Shown here: positions 1 to 10,794 of the stretch, piece after piece
How the letters are laid out: every line of letters starts with the position of its first letter
Position numbering within the stretch: position 1 is the stretch's first letter
Assembly (NCBI GenBank): GCA_963801605.1
Contig: CAWDFP010000007.1
Span: forward strand, 96,001-160,000
Direction of reading: 5' to 3'
DNA: 64,000 bases
From: an uncultured candidate division Zixibacteria bacterium
Lineage (GTDB): Bacteria > Zixibacteria > MSB-5A5 > UBA10806
Program-made: the position numbers and the translations under genes
The notes under the pieces: generated by a model
What the model saw: only the letters and a program-made list of their open reading frames with translations
The model's database searches: none
What the model was told of the DNA's origin: nothing

Positions 1-365
1 GGATTGCTAAAGCGATAGGCCGGCCGGGGAAAATAATTGGGGCGCTATCACTTTCATTTTTCCTGGCTATTCGGTTTTTGCCGGAATTGTCTCAGCAGGG
101 CCGATTGACAATTCTATCACTCAAAACAAGAGGATTTGAGATTAAAGGCGGATTAGGACATAAAGCCAGGGTGGCGGCGTTGCTCATCGTCCCGATGTTT
201 GTAAATGCTATCAAGCGGGCCGAATTGGCTGCAGCGGCGCTAAATATTAAAGGGTATGCCACCAGATATTCACGAGCAGTATTCGCCCCGACCAGAATCA
301 CCTTAGGGGGCATTATCACGATTTCAATATCGGTTGTAATCCTGATTGCGGGGTGGCGAACTTGA
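1..365 (+). CDS. ecfT: ECF transporter transmembrane component EcfT/CbiQ, C-terminal part (5'-truncated by window)
   Basis: Frame open from window start: ...LAIRFLPEL...SLKTRG...AAALNIKGY, resembling the EcfT coupling helices; lies directly upstream of truA as in ecfAAT-truA operons. Confidence 0.75.
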   Translation, partial: IAKAIGRPGKIIGALSLSFFLAIRFLPELSQQGRLTILSLKTRGFEIKGGLGHKARVAALLIVPMFVNAIKRAELAAAALNIKGYATRYSRAVFAPTRITLGGIITISISVVILIAGWRT

Positions 366-1159
366 TAGCGAAACCGGATAGCATAAGCGAGAGCCAAATT
401 GTTAAATCAAACCCAAGGCGTAATGTTTTGCTGAAATTGGAATACTGCGGAACGAGCTTTGCAGGATGGCAATGGCAGAAGGATACTCGAACGGTACAGG
501 GAGTGCTTAAAGAAAATCTGGAGAAGTTTCTGAGGCATAACATTAAAATAACGGGTTCGGGACGGACCGATGCGGGGGTCCATGCCCTGGCGCAGTATGT
601 AAATTTCAATACTACTCATGGAATGAAACCGGAAGAAATTAAACATCGTTTAAACCGCATGCTGCCATCGGATGTAGTCGTTTTAACTTGTCGAGACGTT
701 CCCTGGTCGTTCGATTCCAGGAGGCAGGCGCATTGGCGGGCTTACCGGTATCTAATCAGCGAAAAGCTAACGGCACTGAATAGGGACTTTGCCTGGACTA
801 TAGATAGAAAATTGGATTTAGTATTGCTTAATCGCCTCTCTAAATTAGTCTCAAAATCAATTCATTTCGAAAACTTCTGCAAAACCAAATCTCTCAAGGA
901 AAGCAACGATTGCACCATCTTTAAGGCTAACTGGTCGCGGCGGAATGGTTTTCTGCGTTTTGAAGTAACAGCGAATAGATTTCTTCACAATATGGTCCGT
1001 CTGTTAGTGGGAACAATGGTTGCTGTAGAAAATGGTAAGATGAGCATTGAGCATTTTACCGAATTGCTAAATGGTAAAAAAAAGGAAAAGACGAAATATA
1101 TCGCGCCCGCCTGCGGCCTTTACCTGGTTGAAGTGGGCTATAAAGGAGATAACGTATGA
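353..1159 (+). CDS. truA: tRNA pseudouridine(38-40) synthase
   Basis: [38 protein letters not shown] motifs. Confidence 0.97.
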   Translation: MANLIAKPDSISESQIVKSNPRRNVLLKLEYCGTSFAGWQWQKDTRTVQGVLKENLEKFLRHNIKITGSGRTDAGVHALAQYVNFNTTHGMKPEEIKHRLNRMLPSDVVVLTCRDVPWSFDSRRQAHWRAYRYLISEKLTALNRDFAWTIDRKLDLVLLNRLSKLVSKSIHFENFCKTKSLKESNDCTIFKANWSRRNGFLRFEVTANRFLHNMVRLLVGTMVAVENGKMSIEHFTELLNGKKKEKTKYIAPACGLYLVEVGYKGDNV

Positions 1160-1803
1160 AATTTTTCTTAGACACCGGAAGCGTTGACGAAATCCGCAAA
1201 GCGAATGAACTCGGGATGGTCGATGGCGTCACCACTAACCCGTCGCTGTTGGCCAAGGAGAAAAAGCCATATCGCGAGATTCTCAAGGAAATCTGCGCGA
1301 TTGTTAAGGGTCCGGTTTCGGCGGAGGTCACCGCCACCGATACCGAGGGAATGCTTCGCGAGGGACGGGAGCATGCCAAGATCGCGGATAATATCGTGGT
1401 TAAGATTCCAATCATTAAAACCGGCGTTAAGGCGATCAGCCAGCTAAGAGCCGAGGGAATCAATGTTAATGTCACGCTCTGCTTTTCAGCATCGCAGGCT
1501 CTGATCGCCGCCAAGGCGGGAGCCAATTATATTTCACCGTTTATCGGGCGACTCGATGATATCTCATCGGATGGCATGAAACTGATCGAGGAAATAATCA
1601 CGATATATGATAATTATGGTTTTGATACGGAGGTCCTGGTAGCCTCGGTTCGTCACCCGATGCACGTAGTCGATGCCGCCATGTTGGGGGCCGATATCTG
1701 CACCATGCCATATTCGGTATTCGACAAGCTCTTAAGTCATCCGTTAACGGATGTGGGCCTCAAAAACTTTTTGGCCGATTGGGAGAAAGCGCAAAAGCAA
1801 TGA
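1156..1803 (+). CDS. fsa: Fructose-6-phosphate aldolase / transaldolase (TalC family)
   Basis: [32 protein letters not shown] motifs. Confidence 0.95.
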   Translation: MKFFLDTGSVDEIRKANELGMVDGVTTNPSLLAKEKKPYREILKEICAIVKGPVSAEVTATDTEGMLREGREHAKIADNIVVKIPIIKTGVKAISQLRAEGINVNVTLCFSASQALIAAKAGANYISPFIGRLDDISSDGMKLIEEIITIYDNYGFDTEVLVASVRHPMHVVDAAMLGADICTMPYSVFDKLLSHPLTDVGLKNFLADWEKAQKQ

Positions 1804-3095
1804 TCTCTCGCTATAGTTTGCCCGAGATGGCCGATCTCTGGTCGGAGCAAAATAAATTTGCCACCTGGTTAAAGGTCGAGATCGCCGTTTGTGAAGTCAA
1901 AGCTGGTAAGGGGCAAATACCCAAATCGGCGCTGACTACAATCAAGAAGCGAGCGGCTTTCGATCCGGATCGTATCGCCGCCATTGAAGCCGAAGTTAAT
2001 CACGATGTTATAGCGTTTCTTACCAATGTCGCGGAAAACGTGGGGCCCGATTCGAAATATATCCATCTGGGACTGACGTCATCGGATATTCTTGACACAT
2101 CCCTGGGCTGCTTGATGAAGCAGTCGGGGATTCTAATTAGAAAGAAACTTGCCGAGGTCTCTGATCTGCTGCGGGAAATGGCGCCCAAATACAAAGATGC
2201 TCTAACCATAGGGCGCACCCATGGGGTTCATGCCGAACCGACGGTGTTTGGCTTGAAATTAGCCTTGTGGTATACCGAAACTGCTCGAGATCTGAATCGT
2301 CTGGATGATGCTATCAAAGAGGTATCGGTCGGCAAGCTGTCCGGAGCGGTCGGGAATTTTGCGCATATCGAACCAGAGACGGAAGCGCTGGTTTGCAGGA
2401 AATTAGGCTTAATGCCGGCGGAAGTTTCCACCCAGGTTATTCAGCGCGATCGGCACGCCCATTTTCTGGCGGTCCTGGCGGTTATCGGAGGTACTGTAGA
2501 AAAGATAGCGACCGAAATTCGTAATCTTCAAAGAACCGAAATATTAGAGCTTGAAGAGGGCTTCACCAAAGGTCAAAAGGGCTCATCGGCGATGCCGCAT
2601 AAGAAAAATCCGATCACTTGCGAGCGATTAGCCGGATTGGCGCGAGTTCTTCGGGGGAACGCTCTGGCCGGCATGGAAAATATGGCGCTCTGGCATGAAC
2701 GAGATATAACGCATTCCTCGGTGGAGAGGATAATTATTCCTGATTCCACGACGCTATTGCATTACATGCTTCACAAGCTTTTGGGTGTCCTTTCCAATCT
2801 AGTCGTCAATACCGACAGGATGCGTCAAAATCTCGAAATCACCCGCGGTCTGGTTTTTTCTCAAAGGGTGCTTCTGGCTCTTACCGAAAAGATGCCAAGC
2901 AGGGAAGAGGCTTATCAGTTGGTTCAGAATCTGGCTATGAAAAGCTGGAAAGAGGGACTTGATTTCAGGAAACTGGTTAAGGATTCCCCGGATATCCGGA
3001 AATATTTGAAAGTAAAAGAAATTGACACTCTATTCGATTATGCCTACTTTACCCGGCGAGCAAATGATGTTATAAGAAGGGCGATCGAAAGATGA
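1800..3095 (+). CDS. purB: Adenylosuccinate lyase
   Basis: MISRYS start (ATG 1800), [22 protein letters not shown] signature. Confidence 0.97.
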   Translation: MISRYSLPEMADLWSEQNKFATWLKVEIAVCEVKAGKGQIPKSALTTIKKRAAFDPDRIAAIEAEVNHDVIAFLTNVAENVGPDSKYIHLGLTSSDILDTSLGCLMKQSGILIRKKLAEVSDLLREMAPKYKDALTIGRTHGVHAEPTVFGLKLALWYTETARDLNRLDDAIKEVSVGKLSGAVGNFAHIEPETEALVCRKLGLMPAEVSTQVIQRDRHAHFLAVLAVIGGTVEKIATEIRNLQRTEILELEEGFTKGQKGSSAMPHKKNPITCERLAGLARVLRGNALAGMENMALWHERDITHSSVERIIIPDSTTLLHYMLHKLLGVLSNLVVNTDRMRQNLEITRGLVFSQRVLLALTEKMPSREEAYQLVQNLAMKSWKEGLDFRKLVKDSPDIRKYLKVKEIDTLFDYAYFTRRANDVIRRAIER

Positions 3096-3714
3096 CAAAA
3101 GAAGGCTACCTGTTTCCATTACCATTTTTTATTCTGGGAATTATATTATTCTTTCTTTTTGATAAAACCATGACATCGTTACCTCTTCTTTATGCCGCCG
3201 CTGTGTCGTTCTATCTGGGATTGGTGATTGTGCTGTTTTTTCGCGATCCCGACCGGAAAATTCCGTCCGGTGAAAATCTGGTGATTTCGCCGGCTGATGG
3301 AAAGATAATCAGAATCGACTGCGAGGGAGAAAATCCAGCACTTTCGATATTTCTATCGGTAACCAACGTGCATGTTAATCGAGCGCCGGTAACGGGGTAA
3401 TAAATTCAGTGGAGCATCGCAAAGGGAAATTTCATACGGCTTTCAAGAAGGCCGCGATGCATGAAAATGCCCGCAATGAAATCGAGATCGAGACTAATAG
3501 GGGACTGGTTAAGATGAATCAAGTCGCCGGTTATATCGCTCGACGGACAATCTGCTATAAGAAACCCGGCGACAAAATTGCGGCAGGCGAGCGGATAGGT
3601 CTGATTCGGTTTGGAAGCAGGGTCGATCTTACGCTTCCGGCCGGTTCGAAGATCGATGTTAGTTTGGGTCAGAAAGTGCGGGCAGGCGAGACCGTTCTGG
3701 GGAATCTATCGTGA
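3092..3714 (+). CDS. psd: Phosphatidylserine decarboxylase proenzyme (single-base frameshift at ~3397, probably a sequencing error)
   Basis: FFRDPDR, SPADG and NVHVNRAP in the first fragment; [11 protein letters not shown] autocleavage motif in the second; one extra G in ACGGGGTAA joins the frames. Confidence 0.9.
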
Positions 3715-4493
3715 AAAATTTTAAGGGCATTCTTCCCGGCATGTTTACCATGGGCAACTTGGCCTGTGGTTTTGCATCGATAATAACATCAAGCATGGCC
3801 AGGTCGGGCGCCAACGGACATAATACAGCCAATCTTTTCGAGGCGGTCTGGCTAATCGTTCTGGCCGCCTTTTTCGATTTTCTCGATGGCCTGGTGGCGC
3901 GCTTTTCCAAGAGTTATTCACGATTTGGAGTTGAGCTCGATTCGCTAACCGATATCGTTTCTTTCGGCGTTGCTCCGGCGGTGTTACTCGTGAATTTCGG
4001 CCTTATTTCGCATGGCAATTGGGCCTGGATACTGGGTTTTGTTTTTCTAATGGCGGCCAGTTTCCGGTTGGCTCGATTTAACCTGTCCGCAACGCTCGAG
4101 AAAAAAGTAAACTTCGTCGGATTGCCGGTACCATCGGCGGCCATTGTAATAATCTCCTATATACTTTTCTCTTATGAAGTGTGGGACAGCATAAGGTTGG
4201 AGAAATTTTTTATTATCGTAATTTTGGCGTCGGCGGCGCTGATGGTTTCCACGGTGGAATTTGAGACGATGCCGCGCTTCGATTTCGGTAAGACCTCGAA
4301 TAGAATAAAGGTCATTATTCTTATGGCGGCGGCAATAGGGATCATGATTAACGCCTCCCTATTAATCTTTCCCCTGGGGATGATTTACATTCTTTATGGA
4401 ATTGGCAAATTTGTAGCTGAGCTGCTGTTCGGAGATAAAAAAGGAGCACCCAGAGAGGCAAAACTATCGAAAAGCGGGCATGAGGCAGTATGA
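3711..4493 (+). CDS. pssA: CDP-diacylglycerol--serine O-phosphatidyltransferase
   Basis: DFLDGLVAR...FGVELDSLTDIVSFGVAPA CDP-alcohol transferase motif; RLARFN; adjacent to psd. Confidence 0.95.
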   Translation: MKNFKGILPGMFTMGNLACGFASIITSSMARSGANGHNTANLFEAVWLIVLAAFFDFLDGLVARFSKSYSRFGVELDSLTDIVSFGVAPAVLLVNFGLISHGNWAWILGFVFLMAASFRLARFNLSATLEKKVNFVGLPVPSAAIVIISYILFSYEVWDSIRLEKFFIIVILASAALMVSTVEFETMPRFDFGKTSNRIKVIILMAAAIGIMINASLLIFPLGMIYILYGIGKFVAELLFGDKKGAPREAKLSKSGHEAV

Positions 4494-4738
4494 AATTTAT
4501 CGCCAATATTAATGTTTCTCTTAAAGAAGGCGTGCTTGATCCGCAGGGTGTCACCATCGGACGAGCCTTGCAGGAATTAGGTTTCGATTCGGTAATTAAA
4601 ACATCGACCGGTAAATTCTTCAGGCTCGAAATCGAGGCCGAAACCGAAGCGGATGCCAAAAGAATCGCCGGAGAAGCGGCCTCGAAACTATTAGCCAATC
4701 CAGTCATAGAACGATACGAGGTAGAGGTAGTTCGTTGA
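4490..4738 (+). CDS. purS: Phosphoribosylformylglycinamidine synthase subunit PurS
   Basis: VLDPQG and LLANPVIE motifs, 82 aa. Confidence 0.97.
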   Translation: MKFIANINVSLKEGVLDPQGVTIGRALQELGFDSVIKTSTGKFFRLEIEAETEADAKRIAGEAASKLLANPVIERYEVEVVR

Positions 4739-5442
4739 AGGTTGGAGTAATAGTATTCCCTGGCTCTAATTGCGATCATGATGCCTATCGGGCATTCAAA
4801 TTGATTGCTGGTGTTGAGCCTGTATATCTGTGGCATGGTTCGCATGATCTCGAAGGGTGTGACGCTATCATTCTTCCGGGTGGTTTTTCGTATGGGGATT
4901 ACCTTCGGGCGGGAGCGATTGCCCGGTTTTCGCCCATTATGAAAAAAGTAATTGAATTTGCCAAAGGCGGAGGCGTGGTTTTGGGAATCTGTAACGGATT
5001 TCAGATTCTGACGGAATCAGGTCTATTGCCGGGCGCTCTAATGAGAAATTCGAACTTACGATTTGTTTGCAGGGAAGTCACCTTGCGTGTCGAAACAGAT
5101 AAAGCCCTCTTAACGGCCGGGCTCAAACTCGGAACATTGCTTCGTATGCCGGTCGCTCACGGGGAGGGCGGTTATTTTGCCGAGTCATCGGTTTTAACCA
5201 GGCTCGAATCATGCGGCAGAATATTGTTTCGGTATGTCGATGCCGCCGGAGTGGTAACATCAGGGGCAAATCCTAATGGGTCTATTAATGGTATCGCTGG
5301 TATTGTAAATGAGGATGGCAATGTTTTTGGCATGATGCCTCATCCGGAACGCGCAGCGGAGGCTGTATTAGGATCGGCCGACGGGCTACAGCTTATCAAG
5401 GCGTTGTCATCACAGGTTGCTGGAGGTGTGATTGCGAGATAA
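4735..5442 (+). CDS. purQ: Phosphoribosylformylglycinamidine synthase glutaminase subunit PurQ
   Basis: FPGSNCD, PGGFSYGDYLR, GICNGFQIL, MMPHPER. Confidence 0.97.
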   Translation: MKVGVIVFPGSNCDHDAYRAFKLIAGVEPVYLWHGSHDLEGCDAIILPGGFSYGDYLRAGAIARFSPIMKKVIEFAKGGGVVLGICNGFQILTESGLLPGALMRNSNLRFVCREVTLRVETDKALLTAGLKLGTLLRMPVAHGEGGYFAESSVLTRLESCGRILFRYVDAAGVVTSGANPNGSINGIAGIVNEDGNVFGMMPHPERAAEAVLGSADGLQLIKALSSQVAGGVIAR

Positions 5443-5731
5443 AGAGATAAAATTTATTATCATCTCACTGATAATGGCGGCTATCATAGGCGGTTTTATG
5501 GGACAGCTAATCGGTGAGTATCTTCCCGAAGGGGCCGTAAAGACCTTGTTTGTGAAGAGCATGGATATCGGTATCGGACAACGAGGAATCAGTGTAAATG
5601 AAGTCCAGGAGCCAATTTATATCGATCTTTACAGTATTTCGCTGGCCTTTGGGCTGATAGTAAAAATCAATTTTGTATCGCTTTTGATGATAATCCTTGT
5701 TATAATATACTTCAAATGGTGGTATCTTTAA
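5432..5731 (+). CDS. Small two-TM membrane protein (DUF4321-like)
   Basis: Two hydrophobic segments and a GGFMGQLIG pattern; in operon; family assignment from memory only. Confidence 0.6.
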   Translation: MRDKEIKFIIISLIMAAIIGGFMGQLIGEYLPEGAVKTLFVKSMDIGIGQRGISVNEVQEPIYIDLYSISLAFGLIVKINFVSLLMIILVIIYFKWWYL

Positions 5732-5747
5732 ACCATGAGGTGTTTTA

Positions 5748-5990
5748 ATGAATAATCCAGTCTTGCTTTCAATGCCTGGCGGCCAGGAGCTTTTTCTCAT
5801 ATTTCTAATAGTGCTTCTGCTGTTTGGCGCTAAGCGAATCCCCGAAGTAGCCCAGAATCTGGGCAAGGGGATCAGGGAATTTAAGAAATCTATGCGGGAA
5901 GTGCAGTCGGAAATCGATTCTGCCGATCCCAGCAAAAGCAAAATAGAGGCTCCCAAACCGGAAGATAAAACCGCAACCGATAAGAAATAA
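5748..5990 (+). CDS. tatA: Twin-arginine translocase subunit TatA/E
   Basis: GGQELFLIFLIVLLLFGAKRIPE...GKGIREFKK. Confidence 0.95.
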   Translation: MNNPVLLSMPGGQELFLIFLIVLLLFGAKRIPEVAQNLGKGIREFKKSMREVQSEIDSADPSKSKIEAPKPEDKTATDKK

Positions 5991-5992
5991 GC

Positions 5993-6448
5993 ATGCCGGT
6001 ATTCACCAAAGATGATATTGCTCGGATAGCGGCCTGTTTGGGAAATTTGGAAATCTCCGACGACCGCGATCATTTCAGGATCAAGTTAGTGCAGCGAAAG
6101 GAAAAGAGATCGCTTTCGCTTGAGATTTACCCTGAGGTTTCACTGAGCGATAATGCCAAGGGATCACTGGTAGTTGTATATACCGGCAATTGCCATTTAC
6201 AGCTTCACAACTGCACCGGTTACGTTCTATCGGACGAATTAGGCGAGGTGACTTTTGTTTCGGAGTGTACCGGTAAAATTTCGGGATTGGTGGTGGAACG
6301 CGAAGCGGCCTGTTCGCTATATTCCAATGTCGATCGCAAGCTCATCTCCGATGATTTTACCCGTTTCGGAGTTGAAGTTATGTTATCCGGCGTAGCTCTT
6401 TCTCTTGCAGAGGATGTTTTATCATCAAAGAACGGTGTAAACGAATAG
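5993..6448 (+). CDS. Hypothetical protein
   Basis: 151-aa ORF packed in operon 2 nt after tatA; no recognised motif. Confidence 0.75.
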   Translation: MPVFTKDDIARIAACLGNLEISDDRDHFRIKLVQRKEKRSLSLEIYPEVSLSDNAKGSLVVVYTGNCHLQLHNCTGYVLSDELGEVTFVSECTGKISGLVVEREAACSLYSNVDRKLISDDFTRFGVEVMLSGVALSLAEDVLSSKNGVNE

Positions 6449-6498
6449 ATATTTTTTTTTACAATTTAATAGACAAAGACGACCGATAAAGGTGTTCT

Positions 6499-6903
6499 AT
6501 GCAGTTTACCAGAAAAGGTGATTACGCGCTAAAGGCCATGGCATATTTGGCAGTGACCAAAAGCTCTAATCCCCATACAATCGATGAAATTTCCGAACAG
6601 AGTCGGATTCCCCGGCATTTTCTCGCCAAGATTCTCAAGGATTTGACACACGCCAATCTTCTGATTGCAATGAAGGGCGCGCATGGAGGGTACACTCTGG
6701 CCAAAAAACCATCGGAAATAAGCCTGCTTGAAGTTATTGAAGCGTCGGTGGGGCCGTTGGCGCTCAATCTCTGTCTGGAGGGAAGCGGCCGATGCTCGGA
6801 GCTTTCGACATGCGGGCTTTATCCGGTATGGCAACAGGCCTCACGGGCCGTGCGAGATGTTTTTGAAAAGGCAACACTAAGCTCAATTTCCCAGGGACAG
6901 TGA
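6499..6903 (+). CDS. Rrf2/IscR-family transcriptional regulator with three C-terminal Cys
   Basis: MQFTRKGDYAL, GAHGGYTLAK, C-x6-C-x5-C; directly upstream of iscS-iscU. Confidence 0.92.
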   Translation: MQFTRKGDYALKAMAYLAVTKSSNPHTIDEISEQSRIPRHFLAKILKDLTHANLLIAMKGAHGGYTLAKKPSEISLLEVIEASVGPLALNLCLEGSGRCSELSTCGLYPVWQQASRAVRDVFEKATLSSISQGQ

Positions 6904-8120
6904 GTCGTGAGATGAGCGAGCGATTCGTTTATTTCGATAATATCAATACGACTTTCCCCGATCCGGAGGTCGTTGAGGTCCTAACAAAGGTATTGGTATC
7001 CCGGGCGGGCAATCCGTCATCCCATATTCATTCGGCCGGTATTGCGGCCGGGGAAATCCTGGATGAAGCCCGTCAGAAGGTAGCGGCATTGATTAATGCC
7101 GATGCCAATAAAGTCATTTTTACATCGGGTGCAACGGAATCGAATAACTTAGCGATCACGGGATTTATAAAAGCTCATCCCCAATATCAGATTGTAGTTT
7201 CGAATATTGAGCATTTTTCGATACTAAATCAGGCCGCAAGGCTTAAAAGGGAAGGCCACAAGGTAAGCTTTCTCGACGTTAACAGCTACGGACTGATCGA
7301 TTGCGCCAAATTAGAGATAATACTTAGCGAAGGACCATCGTTAGTATCAATAGCGCCGGCTAATCCCGAGATAGGGACTATTCAAGATATTGATAAGATA
7401 GGCGAGATCTGCCTTAAATATAATGCGGTACTGCATTGTGACGGGACTGCGGCGGCATCAACTATGGAAATCGATGTGCGCAAGATGAATATCAGCTTCC
7501 TGACGCTTTCGGGCCACAATATGTACGCCCCGGTTGGAATAGGCGCGCTTTACACAGGAAATAGTATAGCGCCACTTTTCGAAGGCGGCAATCAGGAGAC
7601 GGGTATTCGTCCTGGCACCGAGAATTTTCCGGCAGCAGCGGCAATGGGCGAGGCTTGCACAATGTTATCGAAAAATAGAAATCGGTGGAATCAAGAGCTT
7701 GGGAATATGGGGCAGCGGCTTTGGAATGGATTATCAGAAAAGATACCTTTCATTCATTTTACCGGCCATCCAAAGCAGCGTTTGCCGGGGCATGTTTCAT
7801 TCTGGGTAGAGCATATCGAGGGTGAATCGCTCTTACTATTATTAAATATGAAAGGTGTAATGGCGGCCTCGGGATCAGCCTGCAGTTCGAATCTAAAGGG
7901 ACGCGATGAAGAGGATTTGGCGGCCTCGCATGTCCTAACCGCTATCGGGGTACCAAACGATATTTGCGCCGGTTCGATAACATTTTCGCTGGCCAGATAT
8001 AATACCGAAAATGATGTTGATTATGTGTTAGAGATAATGCCCGGAATCGTTGAAAAGCTTTTGGCCATGTCGCCAAGTTATAGCGATTATCTCAGAAAAA
8101 AGGAGTTATTACATGAATAA
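6900..8120 (+). CDS. iscS: Cysteine desulfurase (IscS/NifS) family protein with atypical PLP site
   Basis: GNPSS, FTSGATESNN, RPGTEN and SGSACSS present; SGHK is replaced by SGHN; start may be ATG 6912. Confidence 0.88.
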   Translation: MSREMSERFVYFDNINTTFPDPEVVEVLTKVLVSRAGNPSSHIHSAGIAAGEILDEARQKVAALINADANKVIFTSGATESNNLAITGFIKAHPQYQIVVSNIEHFSILNQAARLKREGHKVSFLDVNSYGLIDCAKLEIILSEGPSLVSIAPANPEIGTIQDIDKIGEICLKYNAVLHCDGTAAASTMEIDVRKMNISFLTLSGHNMYAPVGIGALYTGNSIAPLFEGGNQETGIRPGTENFPAAAAMGEACTMLSKNRNRWNQELGNMGQRLWNGLSEKIPFIHFTGHPKQRLPGHVSFWVEHIEGESLLLLLNMKGVMAASGSACSSNLKGRDEEDLAASHVLTAIGVPNDICAGSITFSLARYNTENDVDYVLEIMPGIVEKLLAMSPSYSDYLRKKELLHE

Positions 8121-8496
8121 ATCATTTCCATATTCTCCGCTGGTGATGGAACATTTCGCCAATCCCCGCAACATGGGCGAGATTGCCGATCCATCCGCTG
8201 TTGGCGACGTAGGCAATCCTACCTGCGGGGATATGATGCGGCTCTATTTGAAAATCGAAAATGGCGTTATCGTAGATGCCAAATTCAAGACTTTCGGATG
8301 CGGAGCCGCCATCGCTTCATCGTCGATTTTGACCGAGATGCTGATCGGCAAAAAGGTTGAGGATGCGCTCAAGATTTCCAATGAGGCCGTTGCGGAGGCG
8401 TTGGGTGGGCTTCCGCCGGTTAAGATTCACTGTTCAGTAATGGCCGAAGAGGCCGTAAAAGCGGCTTTAGCGGATTTCGAGAAACGCAACAAATAG
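8113..8496 (+). CDS. iscU: Fe-S cluster scaffold IscU/NifU
   Basis: EHFANPRN, GNPTCGD, FGCGAAIASS, LPPVKIHCS; ATG 8113 after AGGAG. Confidence 0.95.
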   Translation: MNKSFPYSPLVMEHFANPRNMGEIADPSAVGDVGNPTCGDMMRLYLKIENGVIVDAKFKTFGCGAAIASSSILTEMLIGKKVEDALKISNEAVAEALGGLPPVKIHCSVMAEEAVKAALADFEKRNK

Positions 8497-8521
8497 GGCA
8501 GTTGAATCGCCGTCAAGCAAT

Positions 8522-8563
8522 AAAAAATGGGCCTCCTCGTTAAGGGAGGCCCAATGTTTATTT
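8522..8563. terminator. Bidirectional intrinsic terminator between iscU and the LVIVD gene
   Basis: AAAAAA-TGGGCCTCC...GGAGGCCCA-ATGTTTATTT between convergent genes. Confidence 0.75.
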
Positions 8564-8585
8564 ACGACAAGAATTTTTAGGGCGC

Positions 8586-10657
8586 TTACCTTGCTGGCGG
8601 ACAGGAAGGACAAGGCGTCGGCGACGGCCCGCCTTTGAAGAAAGATACCATATAGGTTACATCCAAACCGTTGAAGGAGCAGGAGGCGTTAACATCGCCG
8701 GATACAAACCAGGTGTTGCCCGGTGTACATTCGCAGGAATAGGGAGGCAGGGGCCCGCCCTTGAAGTAGGAGACGGAATAGGTAACATCAAGGCCGTTGA
8801 AGGTGGTCGAGCCATTGGCGTCGCCGGGGGTGTAGGCGCAAGGAGGGGGGCCAAAGTTTGTGCGCAAAATCATAAGAGAGTTATTATCTGCCACATAAAC
8901 ATAAGAGCCGGAAACAAATAAATCTTCGGCCCAGCCTGGCGTATCAAAGCTTCCCTGCAAGGTGGGGTTTGAGGGGTCGGAGATATTTACTATCTGAAGG
9001 CCGGCATAGTAATCGGCCACATATGCATAAGAGCCGGAAACAAATACCCCCGAGCTACAACTGGCGTAGCATAGCTCGCCTGCAGAGTTGGGTTGGAAGG
9101 ATCAGAAATATTTACTATCTGGAGGCCGGAAGACCAATCGGCCACATAGGCATAAGAGCCTAAAACGAATACTGCATAGGCAATGCCCGGCGTATCATAG
9201 CTCGCCTGCAAGGTGGGATTGGAAGGATCAGAGATATTTACTATCTGAAGGCCGGATTCGCCATCGGCCACATAGGCATAAGAGCTTGAAATAAATACGC
9301 CTAGGGCAGGGCCCGGCATATCATAGCTCGCCTGCAAAGTGGGGTTGGAAGGGTCGGAGATATTTACTATCTGAAGGCCGGAATAGTAATCGGCCACATA
9401 GGCGTAAGCGCCCGAAACGAATACTTCCTGGGCATAGCCTGGCGTATTACAGCTTCCCTGCGGGACAGGAGATGAGGGATCAGAGATATTTACTATTCGA
9501 AGGCCAGTGGAGCCATCGGCCACGTGGGCAAAGGAGCCTGAAACGAATACTCCATGGGCTTGGCCTGGCGTATCGTAACTTCCGCTTAAGGTCGGGCTTG
9601 AGGGATTGGTGATATTTACTATCTGAAGGCCTGAAGTGTAATCGGCCACATAAGCATAAGAGCCTGAAACGAATACTCCCTGGGCATAGGTTGGCGTATC
9701 AAAGCTTCCCTGCAAAGTGGGGTTTGAGGGGTTAGAGATATTTACTATCTGAAGGAAGAACCCATCGGCCACATAGGCATATGAATCTGAAACGATTACT
9801 CCCAAAGCATTGCCTGGCGTATCGAAGCTACCCTGCAAAGTGGGGCTTGAGGGATTTGAGATATTTACAATCTGAAGGATATAACCATCGGTCACATAGG
9901 CATAGGAGCCTGAAACGAATACTCCCCGGGCCTCGACTGGCGTATCATAGCTTCCCTGCAAGGTGGGAGTTGAGGGGTTAGATTTATTGACAATTTGAAG
10001 GCCGGAATAGCCATCGGCCACATAAGCGTAATTGCCGGAGACAAAGACGTCAGAGCCCTGTCTGGCGTATCATAGCTTCCCGCCAGGGTTGGGCTTGACG
10101 GATTGGAGATATTGATAATCTGAAGGCCGGATGTGTCATCGGCCACATAAGCGTAACTGCCGGATACAAAGACGCCATAAGCAAAGTCCGGCGTATCGAA
10201 GCTTCCGGCCAGTGTCGGGCTTGAGGGATTGGAAATATTGACAACCTGAAGGCCGGAAGAGCCAGCGGCCACATAAGCGTAAGAGCCGGAAACGAAAACG
10301 CCTAAAGCATCGATGGCGTAAGCTGCCGACCAGAGTCGGACTTGAGGGATTGGAGATATTTACTATCTGAAGTCCGAAAGAGGCATCAGCCACATAAGCG
10401 TAAGAGCCGGAGACATCAATTGCTTTTCCATAACCTTGAAGAAAATATTGGCTTACAAATACAGGCGCTGCAGGGTCTGAAATATCGAGGATAACAAGTC
10501 CATTTACAAAAGCGCAATAAGCATAATTGCCAACTACTTCGACATCAATGACGCCGGTCCAGAGGGTTGAGCCGACATATTCTACGTTTTGGGCGTGAAT
10601 ACCGGCCGCGCCGAGCAGCATCAAGAATACCGAAAAAATCAGAACAAAACGATTCAT
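8586..10657 (-). CDS. Secreted LVIVD-repeat protein with C-terminal dockerin-like domain (three apparent frameshifts at ~10321, ~10053, ~9048)
   Basis: Signal peptide MNRFVLIFSVFLMLLGAAGIHA; ~12 repeats of YAYVADxxSGLQIVNISxPSxPTLxGSYDT; C-terminal GDxNGSxxFNGLDVTY twice. Confidence 0.85.
8890..10420. repeat. Intragenic tandem repeats of ~123-126 bp (LVIVD units)
   Basis: GATATTTACTATCTGAAGG-like core recurs with 126-bp spacing (~8982, 9108, 9233, 9359, 9485, 9611, 9737...). Confidence 0.9.
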
Positions 10658-10794
10658 CTTTTCCTCCAAAGGAAAAAGCCAGGGCCAAATGGAACTCTTT
10701 AGTTTTTCTGCCAGTATCCCAAAAGAAGATAATAATAATACAGGCCCAATATAATAGAATTGGGCCTGAAAACAATCCAAAATTTAGGAACTGC

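Noticed and set aside
8890..10420. CRISPR array
   Set aside because: The repeats are 123-126-bp in-frame coding units with no unique spacers and no cas genes
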